Made by a program: the position numbers and the translations under genes. A DNA stretch of 64,000 nucleotides from assembly GCA_965217865.1 (NCBI GenBank), contig CBDCJO010000002.1, forward strand, positions 480,001 through 544,000, read 5' to 3'. Below, one piece after another: positions 42,568-52,465 of the stretch. Each line of letters opens with the position of its first letter. Positions within the stretch are counted from its first letter, which is position 1. The notes beneath the pieces are model-generated. The model was not told the DNA's origin and did no database searches. It worked only from the letters and a program-made list of their open reading frames with translations. The stretch is from Candidatus Latescibacterota bacterium (GTDB lineage: Bacteria; Latescibacterota; UBA2968; SICM01).

Positions 42568-42956
42568 GTGATAGGATCAGAGGAACGGTTTTCAATTCGT
42601 CACCCAATGCAGTGTTTAAGGAGAAGGACCTCTATACAAAGTTTTCCCTAGATCATGTGCCGGACGACTACAAATATGAAGAATTCCTCAGGTCGTTCGA
42701 CAAAAACTTCGCGTACGAAACCGAAACGCTCGGCGGGATCGATGCTGCGGCCGCTCCTGTTATTATGAAAATCATTGAGCGGTCCCGACGCAATCAAGTG
42801 CCTCAGCTTACCATGCCGCGCTTAAGCCAGCGATAAAACGTCGTCTCGTTGATTCTCGCCACCCGGCAGGCGGCCTTCTCAACGACCGAAATATCATGTT
42901 CTCCGTTTCATATGATGGCCGAACCGGCTACAAAAACAAATGGCGAACCACGTGAA

Positions 42957-44513
42957 TCAGTGAGATTCACACGTTTCGCTTCGAAGTCCCATCCAGACGC
43001 AGACTGCCATTCCCAATATGACAATGGCGAATGGAAAGCCGGTTGCGAGCGAGGCAGCCTGCAACGAATTCAGCCCTCCGCCAAGTAGGAGTGCTATAGC
43101 GACTATCCCCTCAATAGTACACCAGAAAATACGGTGCGCTACTGGTGAGTCAACCTTGCCGCCGGTTGCGATGGTGTCAATAATCAGCGAGCCGGAGTCT
43201 GACGAGGTAACGAAAAATACGATTGTCAGAAGCATCGCAGCGGATGAAAGTAGTGTTGTCATCGGCAGTTTGTCAAACATTTTGAACAATGCAATTTCAA
43301 GATTCCAAGCCTCAACATTCTCGGTTACACCGGTATAGCCCTCAGCGATGTGCTGTTGGAGGGCAGTGCCGCCAAAGGTACCAAACCACAGTAAACAGAC
43401 AAGCGTCGGCAGAAAGAGCACGAAGATTATGAATTCGCGAATCGTGCGCCCCTTTGAAATGCGGGCGATGAACGTGCCGACGAACGGCGCCCAGGCAAAC
43501 CACCATGCCCAGTAGAACATGGTCCAGTTGTGCAAGAATTCGGTGTCCTCCCGCCCGATCCAGTTGCTGAGTGATACAATCTTCGCGAGATAGCTACCAA
43601 GCCCAGAGAACATACTGTGGAAAATGTAGAGCGTCGGACCGAGTATGATAACAGCCAACAGCAACAAAAACGCGAGAATTATGTTAAACTGGCTAAGACG
43701 CTTGATACCGACATTAATACCCGTCAGCACCGATGTCAGCGCGATGGACGTAATCCCCACAATTAGCACTACCATGGTGGTGTGAGTCTTGGGAACATCA
43801 AACAGATAGTTCAAACCGGAGGTTACCTGCTGAACCCCCAAGCCAAGCGAGGTCGCGAGCCCAAACAGCCCTGCGAATATGGCGAACGTATCAATGATAT
43901 GGCCAGGCCATCCCCAGACGCGATCCCCGAAAAGGGGATAGAACGCCGAACGGATGGTAAGGGGAAGTCCCTGGTTGTAGGCGAAGTACCCGAGAGCGAG
44001 TCCAACGACTCCGTAGATGGCCCAACCGTGCAGCCCCCAGTGGAAGACCGTTGCTGCGATGCCGATGGTAGCGGCCTCCGCCGTTCCGGGGGTAATGCCG
44101 AGCGGCGGCTTCTGAAAGTAGTAGACCGGCTCCGCCACTCCGAAAAACAGGAGACCGATGCCAATGCCTGCCGCAAAGAGCATGGCAAGCCAAGTTAAAT
44201 TGGAATACTCGGGTTTCGCATCTGTGCCCCCGAGACGCACTTTGCCGAGAGGCGAGAACGCCACATACAGACAAAAGAGCAAGGCAAGGTTAGCAGTAAG
44301 CATAAAAACCCAATCAAGATTTGTCGTGAGCCAGGCGCGGGTATTTTTGAAAACCTCCGTCGCGGCTTCCTGAAAAACGAGCGCCCCAATGACAAAGGCG
44401 ACGATGGTGATACTGGAAATCACGAACGTTGGAGTCAGGTGAATATCTAAACCGAATAACTTCCTGAACTCCTTGTCATCCGGAAGTTGTGGTTGCTTTC
44501 TTTCTCCACACAT
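42957..44513 (-). CDS. BCCT family (betaine/choline/carnitine) transporter
   Basis: WLAMLFAAGIGIG, FHWGLHGWAIY, YWAWWFAWAPFVGTFIARISKGRTIREF, FFVTSSDSGS. Confidence 0.95.
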   Translation of the reverse strand: MCGERKQPQLPDDKEFRKLFGLDIHLTPTFVISSITIVAFVIGALVFQEAATEVFKNTRAWLTTNLDWVFMLTANLALLFCLYVAFSPLGKVRLGGTDAKPEYSNLTWLAMLFAAGIGIGLLFFGVAEPVYYFQKPPLGITPGTAEAATIGIAATVFHWGLHGWAIYGVVGLALGYFAYNQGLPLTIRSAFYPLFGDRVWGWPGHIIDTFAIFAGLFGLATSLGLGVQQVTSGLNYLFDVPKTHTTMVVLIVGITSIALTSVLTGINVGIKRLSQFNIILAFLLLLAVIILGPTLYIFHSMFSGLGSYLAKIVSLSNWIGREDTEFLHNWTMFYWAWWFAWAPFVGTFIARISKGRTIREFIIFVLFLPTLVCLLWFGTFGGTALQQHIAEGYTGVTENVEAWNLEIALFKMFDKLPMTTLLSSAAMLLTIVFFVTSSDSGSLIIDTIATGGKVDSPVAHRIFWCTIEGIVAIALLLGGGLNSLQAASLATGFPFAIVILGMAVCVWMGLRSETCESH

Positions 44514-44611
44514 TCAAAATTCTCCTTTTCTTTGGAATTAGGGGGTTCCAGTCCGGCTTCCGCCGCATTAAAACCGGCAAATACAAGCGTTGTCAGCGAT
44601 GTGACGTAAAG

Positions 44612-44811
44612 CTAGTGTCGTGTCCCGGAAATTCCTTCAATAATTTCTCGGATAGCGGTCTGTAAACCCTGAACGGAGCGAAGGATCTCTATGTCCCGAA
44701 CTATCAGACAGTTGGTGCGTTCTTCGCTCGCTCGCTCTCGATCAAAATGACAGCCACCGCTACGTTTTTGGAGGCTTTCTTTTGTAAGGAACTTCTGGGA
44801 CACGACACTAG
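44612..44811. mobile_element. 200-bp MITE with IS630-type ends
   Basis: CTAGTGTCGTGTCCCGGAAATTCCTT ... AAGGAACTTCTGGGACACGACACTAG; same terminus as the IS630 at 52462. Confidence 0.8.
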
Positions 44812-45820
44812 ACATCTCTTCATGATTGATTTCTCCTTCAATCGGGCATTGTGTGTGATGCACGGAGATCTCGAGCTACGGTATAGGCTTGCATCACCCC
44901 ATCTGATGGTCGCTGACGGCAATATAGGGCATCTGGTCGGCTACAGATCAGGTCTGGCCACACACCTGCCAGCAGCCCAAAGCCCGTGCGCTACTCCTCA
45001 AAATACCCCATGCCAATACCTTCAAGGAAGCAGACAAGGGCTCCGCAGAAAGTTCGTCGCGCAGTATTGAAACGAGTTCCCCAAGGCCGCGGGTAACCTG
45101 CTACGTCCCGGACGGTCATGGGCCTGGGATCGATACGTCTGCCATGATGGATTCCTCTTTGCAGTCGACAAATATATCAAGGAATGACCGTTTAAACCAG
45201 TTCAAATTCAGGCAGGCCGGATACATGGCCCGTCGGGAGAGTCCTTGGGCTCCGGGCGCACGGCTGTTTCCGCTGTCCGGTGGGCTGCCGTAAGCTGGTG
45301 ACCGGACCCATTGGATCCGGCTTCCGGTGAATACTTGCCGGAGGACCTTCCGAAACGTCGAACCAGGCTGTCAAACAAGGCCGACGGGAAAAACAGAGAA
45401 TCGGAGAATCCGGAAGAGATATCTCTGCTCAAGCGGACGCAACCCCACGGTTGCGCTCGAACACCTGAGGGAGCGCTTCGAAACAGAGAACCGGCAGAGA
45501 GGGGAGAGGTGGCCCAAGTGTTTGTGAATACGGCAGAAACGACAAGACCCCGGAGGGTTTCCCCACGGGGTCTTGCGTTAACGGACGACCGCCGAAGTTG
45601 GCGGATGGGAATATGGCTCCCCATATGATCCTTTCCCCGGAACCATTCTCTGTTTGTCAGACGTAACATCCTGTATTGAATGGATATATCGTAATTTCGC
45701 CCGCACCGTCGAGGCGGAAACCATGTCAAGACGTCAAGATCGATTCCCGTTTTTCCAGTCATATCAGTCGTTTCTTCCACATTGAGACCGGCTCCCCAAC
45801 TGCACCCTTTTCCTGACCGC

Positions 45821-46087
45821 TCAGTTCCTTATGAAGTAGTGGCTGCCGCAGCCGGAATTGGCCCACACGGACCCACCCCTAGGACCGTCCAGAGAGACCG
45901 ACTTGCCATCGAAATGAACGTGCCAGCGGCTTGGGTGGAGAGACAGCACTGTCAGATCGCCGCAACCGCAGGGGCAGCGCAGGTTGACAGTCCGGTACTT
46001 GTGGCTAATCCAGAGCTCATCGGCTTTGATTGCGTCAAAATCGGGCAATACGTCTACGAAGGCGGGGCGGAGTTTCACGGGCGTCAT
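45821..46087 (-). CDS. DUF6527-like small Cys/His protein
   Basis: LWIS..Y....LRCPCGCG...L...W...SL...SVW...CGSHYFIRN. Confidence 0.6.
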   Translation of the reverse strand: MTPVKLRPAFVDVLPDFDAIKADELWISHKYRTVNLRCPCGCGDLTVLSLHPSRWHVHFDGKSVSLDGPRGGSVWANSGCGSHYFIRN

Positions 46088-46210
46088 TCCTGCGAGTCAA
46101 TCTGCTGTGACAATGCGCGGCGTCTCGAGCCGGAACTTGTGGAGGAACGAAGCCGACGTCTCTCAAACAAGGTGACTAAGTATGTTACGCGATTAGTTTC
46201 ATGGCATTGC

Positions 46211-46290
46211 ACATAACGTTTTACATCTCTGACGCCGCGAAGCGGTGTAGGGGAATGGGGATAGGGGTGCTCAGGGATGTGTTGTTATCG
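46211..46290 (-). other. Integron attC site
   Basis: Minus strand CGATAAC aacacatccctga ... tcagagatgtaaaac GTTATGT, downstream of the HAD gene. Confidence 0.75.
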
Positions 46291-46373
46291 GCTGTCGCTT
46301 CGGGGCATCGCCATTTTCAGCCCTTGAGATCGGGGCGGCAATTCAGCGTGCGCCATAGATTTGTTGAATTTTT

Positions 46374-47093
46374 TTACTTCAATAGATGAGGCTTCAGATC
46401 AGACAACGATGGGATTTCTACATCAGGTTCGGGATCATGCTCTTCTCGTACTGACCCATATCGATTCAGCCATACCGAGGTAAGGCCAGCCGCGTTAGCT
46501 CCTGCAACATCAGCCGCTAAGCTATCGCCTACGTGCCAGACACTCTTACCGGATACACCAAGAGCTTCGAGCGCAGAGGTGAACGCAGCTTCGTCCGGTT
46601 TCGCAACGCCGGTCTCACCAGAGATAGCGAAGGCACTAAACCAGTTGGTGATGCCCATAGCATCTATTTTCTCACGTTGTGTGTCGGAAGCACCATTTGT
46701 CACCAAAGCGACAGGAACGCCTGATTGCCGCACTATACTTATGAGTTCTTCTACATCGGCGAAAGGCCGATAGGTATCCCGCGCGAGTTGAATTTGTGTG
46801 TCAGCGGCGACCTGAGCGAGTGACTTGTCTTCGCAGCCACAAGCCAGAAGCGCCCTTCGCCAGACTTCAAGACTGAGTTCGGCGCCGTTAAGTCTGCCAA
46901 GCGTCCAATCGTCCATGCTCTCTGGCCAGTAGCTCCTGAACACTTCGGAATCGGCCTCCCGAAGCTGCTTCGCATCTAGCTCAGGCCGAATCAAGGATAG
47001 CTTCTTGCAGGTTCGTTCGATCGACCGATGGAAGGTTTTCCCGTCGAGCAGGGTACTATCCAGATCCAGAAAGAGAGCGCGAATTCGGGCCAT
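46374..47093 (-). CDS. HAD family hydrolase (cassette gene)
   Basis: FLDLDSTL, LVTNG, AKPD, HVGDSLAADVAGA. Confidence 0.9.
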   Translation of the reverse strand: MARIRALFLDLDSTLLDGKTFHRSIERTCKKLSLIRPELDAKQLREADSEVFRSYWPESMDDWTLGRLNGAELSLEVWRRALLACGCEDKSLAQVAADTQIQLARDTYRPFADVEELISIVRQSGVPVALVTNGASDTQREKIDAMGITNWFSAFAISGETGVAKPDEAAFTSALEALGVSGKSVWHVGDSLAADVAGANAAGLTSVWLNRYGSVREEHDPEPDVEIPSLSDLKPHLLK

Positions 47094-47260
47094 CTACAGC
47101 CTCCACTGTTGGAGAAAACAACCGCGTACTCGAGGTTCGGGGCAATCAACGAGGACACGGCTGGATGGCGTGCACGGACCATCCTTCCACCTGAGGGTCT
47201 CGCAGGTCCGGATTGCTCTGGATGAAGGCCCGTGTCTCGTTAAAGAGCCTTGCTGTCTCG

Positions 47261-47605
47261 TCATTCGTTATTGCCCGGACTCTTTACTCTCGATCTCTCG
47301 ACGCGAATCCGCTCACCAAGGCCGAGATCATCCAATCCGTCGTCTTCAGTCTTGCGCACCACCACCTCTTCAGGGTAAGGCGACAACTTCGGGTGAATGA
47401 ACCAGCCGGGCGTCTGAGGTTCGTCAAGAGAACCAAGAGCGCCGTCGTGCTGTAAATGGACGACAAGGGCTCCAGCGGCTCTAGCAGCGGTCAACAGCTC
47501 AACCAGTCGATCTGTGATGGCAGCAGCCGCTGGAACTGCCTTTTCGCCTTCGAGTATCCCCTGCTGTGCGTCAACAATCATCAATGCTGTCGCTGGCTGC
47601 TGCAT
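47261..47605 (-). pseudogene. Isochorismatase/cysteine hydrolase, 3'-truncated cassette gene
   Basis: ALMIVDAQQG, VVHLQHDG, VVRKTEDDG, then loss of recognisable homology. Confidence 0.7.
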
Positions 47606-47687
47606 TCGGTGTCTTCAGGGCTCAGAAAATTGTCATGAGCGAACATCAACAATGGGTAACTACGGCGGTTTTGGTTCTGCCGCTGTC

Positions 47688-47766
47688 GGGTAACGTTCAG
47701 TGGCTCACGAACCCGCGATAGCGGGTTGGAGCGGAGCGAAGCGAAGCCGTGAGCCACATGTTAGCC
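47688..47766 (-). other. Integron attC site
   Basis: Minus strand GGCTAAC atgtggctcacg ... cgtgagccactgaac GTTACCC, with an internal hairpin. Confidence 0.85.
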
Positions 47767-47821
47767 GCCGAATCTCTGTTTTCTGGCCTTGACGACAGGG
47801 AACAGATCCTACTACCATCGC

Positions 47822-48424
47822 TCAGAGATGGTCTGGCTTGTTAATCCGGAACCCAAGTTGTGTGATCTTGCCATCCCCGAAGACGCTGTCTTCAATTTCA
47901 TCGAGTTCAGGTGATCGAAAGAAGCCGACTTTCGTAAAAAGATTAATGCTTGCCTGATTGTGTTCATATATCCCAGCGACAATGTAATTAAGGTCGAGTT
48001 CTCGGAAGATGAAGTCCACTGATAGTTGAACAGCTTCTGTTCCGTATCCCTTGAACCTAAAAAGTTCGTTGATCCAGATTCCCAGATCCGGTTCAAGATG
48101 GGCTGGAGCCAGACTGCTGCAACCAATTCGTGCTTGATCCTGCAATCGGACAATGGTGGCGTTGAACAGTTGCGGCGGTCTATCTGGGTTGGTGAACATC
48201 CCAAGGAAATCCTCGTAGGATTTCCAATCATGCTTGGCATTAAAGTTCCTCTGCGTATCGGGATCCTTCCAGGTTTGGTAGAACAGTCTATAGTCCTCTA
48301 GAAGAAACTCGGTAAGGCCAACAACCTTTCCTTTTGTGTAGAAGATTCGGCTCGAATCGTCTGAGGTCATGGATCCGTCCATTCCCAAGTTGGTCATAGT
48401 CAGCGCAGGATGATTCGGAGTCAT
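47822..48424 (-). CDS. GNAT (RimJ/RimL-like) acetyltransferase, integron cassette gene
   Basis: LGIWI...FRFKGYGTEA, HNQASINLFTKVGF; bounded by complementary core sites. Confidence 0.88.
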   Translation of the reverse strand: MTPNHPALTMTNLGMDGSMTSDDSSRIFYTKGKVVGLTEFLLEDYRLFYQTWKDPDTQRNFNAKHDWKSYEDFLGMFTNPDRPPQLFNATIVRLQDQARIGCSSLAPAHLEPDLGIWINELFRFKGYGTEAVQLSVDFIFRELDLNYIVAGIYEHNQASINLFTKVGFFRSPELDEIEDSVFGDGKITQLGFRINKPDHL

Positions 48425-48449
48425 CCTGTCATTGCAGTTTTGATTTGGC

Positions 48450-48537
48450 GGCTAACGTCCCACGGTTTGCGAACCCCCGAGGGGGTTGCCCGTAGGGCCA
48501 AGGCGCGCACGCGCCGCGGCGCAAGACGCTGTGATAT
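48450..48537 (-). other. attC site, distal part (remainder at 50161-50173, split by IS110)
   Basis: R' GTTAGCC at 48450-48456 on minus; R'' ATCTAAC at 50167-50173. Confidence 0.75.
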
Positions 48538-48620
48538 TAATCTAAAGGCCCTCGTTGTCAGGAAAAGTTATTATTTGAGGTCCGGATATCTCAATAACCT
48601 TTCCACCACAGGAGGGCCTT

Positions 48621-49664
48621 ATGCGATACGCGAAGATCGACTCCGACTATTTCTGTGGCATCGATCTCCACGCCAGAACCATGTATGTTTGTGTAATGAG
48701 TAAGATGGGGGAGATTGTGTTCCAGCGCAATCTGAAAAACGACTTCAAACTCTTACTGCAGGTGCTGGAAGCTCACCTCGGTAGCATCGCCGTCGGGGTG
48801 GAGTCAACCTTCAACTGGTACTGGCTGGCTGACGGATGTCACAAGGCCGGAATTCCATTCTACCTGGGACACGCCCTGTATATGAAGGCGATCCACGGGG
48901 GCAAAAAGAAGAACGACCGTCTCGATTCCAGAATGCTGGCAGAGCTGATGCGCTGCAACCTGTTCCCGATGGCCTATGCCTATCCGCAAGAGATGCGGGC
49001 AACCCGGGACCTGCTCCGGCGAAGGCACCGGTTTGTGGCCTTACGGGCTGAGTGCTACACCCACATCCAGAACACCTTCTCTCAGCAGGCTATCCTGGAT
49101 CCTCTCAGCGACCAGGTCAAAAAGAAGACCAGCAGGAGAAAGCTGTGCGAACGTCTGGCCGACCCAGATCTGGGTATGTCTGTGGGCTGCGATCTGGACC
49201 TGGTTGACTCCCTGGACAAAATGATCTACAAAGTCGAGAAGCAAGTCCTTGCACAGGCCAAACATCACGATCGCAATGCCCTGTCTATCCTGATGACGGT
49301 TCCCGGACTTGGGGAGATGCTGGCCATGACCATCCTGTATGAAATCCACACGGTTGAACGGTTCAAATCCGCTTCAGCCTTCTCCTCCTACAGCCGGCTG
49401 ATCAAAGTCGAGAGAGAGTCCGCTGGGAAGAAGACAAAGGACGGGAATAACAAAATCGGAAACCCACACCTAAAGTGGGCCTTCTCGGAAATCATCCTCG
49501 TGGCTCAGAGATGGTCAGAACCGATCAATAGAAACTACGAGAAACTCAAGAGCAAACACGGTCCGGGAAAAGCCAAGAGCGTCATCGCTCATAAATTCGG
49601 CGTGGCCGCCTACCAAATGCTCAAAAGTGGCCAGGCATTCGACGAGAAACGGTTTGTAGCATAA
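48621..49664 (+). CDS. IS110-family DEDD recombinase
   Basis: CGIDLH, VEST, KKNDRLDS, TVPGLG, RESAGK, KIGNPHLKWA. Confidence 0.93.
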   Translation: MRYAKIDSDYFCGIDLHARTMYVCVMSKMGEIVFQRNLKNDFKLLLQVLEAHLGSIAVGVESTFNWYWLADGCHKAGIPFYLGHALYMKAIHGGKKKNDRLDSRMLAELMRCNLFPMAYAYPQEMRATRDLLRRRHRFVALRAECYTHIQNTFSQQAILDPLSDQVKKKTSRRKLCERLADPDLGMSVGCDLDLVDSLDKMIYKVEKQVLAQAKHHDRNALSILMTVPGLGEMLAMTILYEIHTVERFKSASAFSSYSRLIKVERESAGKKTKDGNNKIGNPHLKWAFSEIILVAQRWSEPINRNYEKLKSKHGPGKAKSVIAHKFGVAAYQMLKSGQAFDEKRFVA

Positions 49665-50150
49665 TGGGTGGGGCGGTTAACCCGGCAGCTAACTGGCAGG
49701 GCAACGTCCGGACAATAGCCCAGCTCTCCCGCTGTGATTGGGAAGCCGCCTTCACCCCTTATATAGAACATAGATGAGCGGATCTGAGACAGTCAGTCCG
49801 TCTGCCCCCGCGATGAACCCGAACCTAACTGGCGTTCCCCCTCACAAAAAGGGGAGAACAGCCATCCTTCTTGATTGGGTCGCAAGGGGTACCGATTATT
49901 TTCTGGAGGGAGAGGAAAAGCCTCTCCCAGGGCGCTCCACAGAATACCGTGAGAGACGCTTGATTTCCAATACGTGTTTGGTGCAGATGGCTCACATCTA
50001 GCCCGGTATGTGAAAATCGAGCCAGACTGGCGACTGACAAAGATCCGAACATCGCTAAACCTCTTCGGATCGGCTCATTGCAAGTCCCGACCGTTAGGGT
50101 CGCAAAAAAACGGTGAAAATCGTGATGAAGGGGTCTTTTTTTCTTGACCC
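49665..50150 (+). ncRNA. Candidate seekRNA/bridge RNA region
   Basis: About 490-nt non-coding 3' end with hairpins; CGCTGTGAT (49730-49738) is identical to the left target flank 48527-48535. Confidence 0.6.
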
Positions 50151-50192
50151 GGGGCCTTTAATATGTGTTAGATGAAGTTGTCTACTACTCCT

Positions 50193-50974
50193 TCATTGTT
50201 TCGAATTGTAGGTCAGTTCCCAGTGCTTCTCCTCAGGCCGCTCTATGTACTCAATATTCTCAGCCAGACCTAATAAGGAAGGAATAAGCTCTTGTTTTAC
50301 CGGGAAATTCTTGACCATGTTGTAACTTCGCCCATCTGCGAGAACCCGCTGCTCAATAGTGTTCCCCTCCGAATTTTCTTGCCTTTGCACGGCCAATCCG
50401 GTCAAGCCGGAAACCTCGTATCTAAGTTGATCGACAAATAGCACCAAGGATCCAGGGACTAGTACTTAGTTGCGCAAGTTTATGCGTGCAAATCCGCCCT
50501 TAACATCCTGTTTTTGCTAGGAAATCATATTACGCGAATTTCCGCAGGTTGGTACTAGCTTGCGGTGAAGTGCCTTTAGAAACTCCGCCACCCGTGATTT
50601 GGGGATATGGGACCACCACCAGACCGCAAAAGCTGCTGTGAAGGTGCCGGTCAGCTGATCTAGAGAATACGCATCAGCGTGATGGAAGGTCACGTGTTGA
50701 AGTCGAGCACACCTTGCCGTAGCGCGGGAGATCATTTCGGGGTTAACGTCAGTTGCAACAACCGACCTCGCAGTTTCTGCTACTACCTCTGTCCAGTATC
50801 CAGTTCCACACGCAATCTCGAGTACGTCATGGCCCTGAAACAGTTGCTGATATCTTCTCTTCTTTGGAACGCGGAGCTGATCTGCCTGTTGATTCAGATA
50901 CCCGGCGCTAAGATCGTATTCGGAAGCGCGCGCAGCATAGTAACGGGTTGTCTCTTCGGAAATCGCATCACTAG
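50193..50974 (-). pseudogene. Class I SAM methyltransferase cassette gene disrupted by two MITEs
   Basis: [10 protein letters not shown]...[12 protein letters not shown]...ALHRKL|VPGSLVLFVD reads through once the MITE plus one CTAG is removed. Confidence 0.85.
50459..50558 (+). mobile_element. 100-bp CTAG-flanked MITE, copy 1
   Basis: CTAGTACTTAGTTGCGCAAG...TTCCGCAGGTTGGTACTAG; interrupts a reading frame with a CTAG duplication. Confidence 0.9.
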
Positions 50975-51070
50975 TACTTAGTTGCGCAAGTTTATGCGTG
51001 CAAATCCGCCCTTAACATCCTGTTTTTGCTAGGAAATCATATTGCGCGAATTTCCGCAGGTTGGTACTAG
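50971..51070 (+). mobile_element. 100-bp CTAG-flanked MITE, copy 2
   Basis: Near-identical to copy 1. Confidence 0.9.
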
Positions 51071-51071
51071 T

Positions 51072-51712
51072 CCTAAAATAAGCGAATAGGCTTGTTGAGC
51101 GGTGTGTTATACAAGATTTCGGAGCATTTCAGACTTGTGACTTGGTCGAGATGATGTCTGGGCTGTTTTTGTGATTGTTTCGGCATGCGATTGTCTAATT
51201 AACTGAGTTTGCGGACGTGTTTTAGCCGGGGTGGACGGACTTGTCCCTGTGATGTTACGACGACAGGTGCTGACATGGCAGTCAGGCCGGTTTGAGCCAT
51301 CTAATTCTGTTCCAGGCCGGGAAGAAGTCAGTCATCCACCGGTTGTAGCCCAAGACACGATAGATGATCTGTCTTCCCCGGGTCACGATCTGGCAGGGGA
51401 TCCAGATCAGATTCTGGAGGAAGGCGCGAAACTCCATTCTCAGAAGTTGATCGCGACGCTCACGCTTTCGGATCATCAACGCGAACCAGGCTTTGAGGTT
51501 CCACGCCAGGGTGGTCATGACCATGTAAGCCCAGTTGCTCATCAGGTTGTCGACGGGCATCCGCATGGCGTTGACCCCGTTCTTGAGTTGTTCAATCACG
51601 TTTTCCTGATCGCACCGTCGATTGGCCAGCCTCACGATTTCCGCGGCCGTAAGATCTTTTCGGGTGGTAATGTAGAAGAAACAGCGCTTGTCATCGAACA
51701 GGGCGTTTTCGC
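51072..51712 (-). mobile_element. IS1380 partial copy (right end plus transposase 3' part)
   Basis: Reverse complement of about 28941-29582. Confidence 0.9.
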
Positions 51713-52274
51713 GTCTCTCGCCACTGGCCCCATTGTGTCAACCGAGGTAGATTTGTGGGAGAAGATTGATGAAGCCCTTTCAAAAAATGAAGTCCCGGAC
51801 GCTGCGTTCAGACTCAGGAGGGGATCCGAACACTTCTTTGAACAGGTATGCAACAACCTGAGCGCACTTATTCGTTACAGGAGCGACTACAGATGGGATT
51901 TTTCACAATATATTGTGGCCGGGGTTGGAAGACTTAATGAATTGCTGAAGGTTGCGAAGAATGCCGCGCATTCCTGGGGGAACAACGAGTTGTTTCTGCA
52001 GATTCAGGAAAACCAAACCATCATAAGCCAGATTTGCCGCAGGGCGTCTGTAGAACAATGGATAATCAACCCAAATGTTCATTACTCTCCCAATTGGGAA
52101 GACTCCACAGTCGCCGATTTCCGACCCGTTGTGGATGCTTTCCGAGACCTTTATGAAGTATTTATGTGCCAGGATTGCGGACGGATCATACGGCTGGCTT
52201 ACATAGGTCCAGCACCTGCTACGCTAGGATGCGGTTGTGGAAAAGTGAATTATACCCTTGAGAAGAAAAAATAA
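51713..52274 (+). pseudogene. C-terminal fragment of an SMC-like/AAA ATPase-type protein with a Cys cluster
   Basis: AAFRLRRGSEHFF, INPNVHY, MCQDCG...CGCG; 5' end replaced by IS1380. Confidence 0.45.
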
Positions 52275-52365
52275 TTAACGCGGAGGATCACCAATTTGAA
52301 AAACAGGCGCTTTATTTCTATTCTAAATTTGGGTTCTTCACGTTTAAGAGTGGATCAATAATAAT

Positions 52366-52465
52366 CTAGTACTTAGTTGCGCAAGTTTATGCGTGCAAAT
52401 CCGCCCTTAACATCCTGTTTTTGCTAGGAAATCATATTACGCGAATTTCCGCAGGTTGGTACTAG
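52366..52465 (+). mobile_element. 100-bp CTAG-flanked MITE, copy 3
   Basis: Near-identical to copy 1. Confidence 0.9.

Larger units (their letters stand above)
48534..50164 (+). mobile_element. IS110 family, IS1111 group, inserted in attC
   Basis: Subterminal IRs TAAAGGCCC (48543) / GGGCCTTTA (50152), ATAT at both junctions, long 3' non-coding region. Confidence 0.88.

Noticed and set aside
45060-45800. Riboswitch or structured ncRNA
   Set aside because: Only a terminator-like hairpin (about 45544-45575) is evident; no recognisable aptamer consensus.
51231-52274. 347-aa ORF as a real gene
   Set aside because: The first about 160 codons are the antisense of IS1380; only the 3' part is a genuine fragment.
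50459-52465. 100-bp direct repeats as CRISPR repeats or cassette recombination sites
   Set aside because: They are too long and irregularly spaced, and one copy interrupts a gene with a CTAG duplication, which is MITE behaviour.
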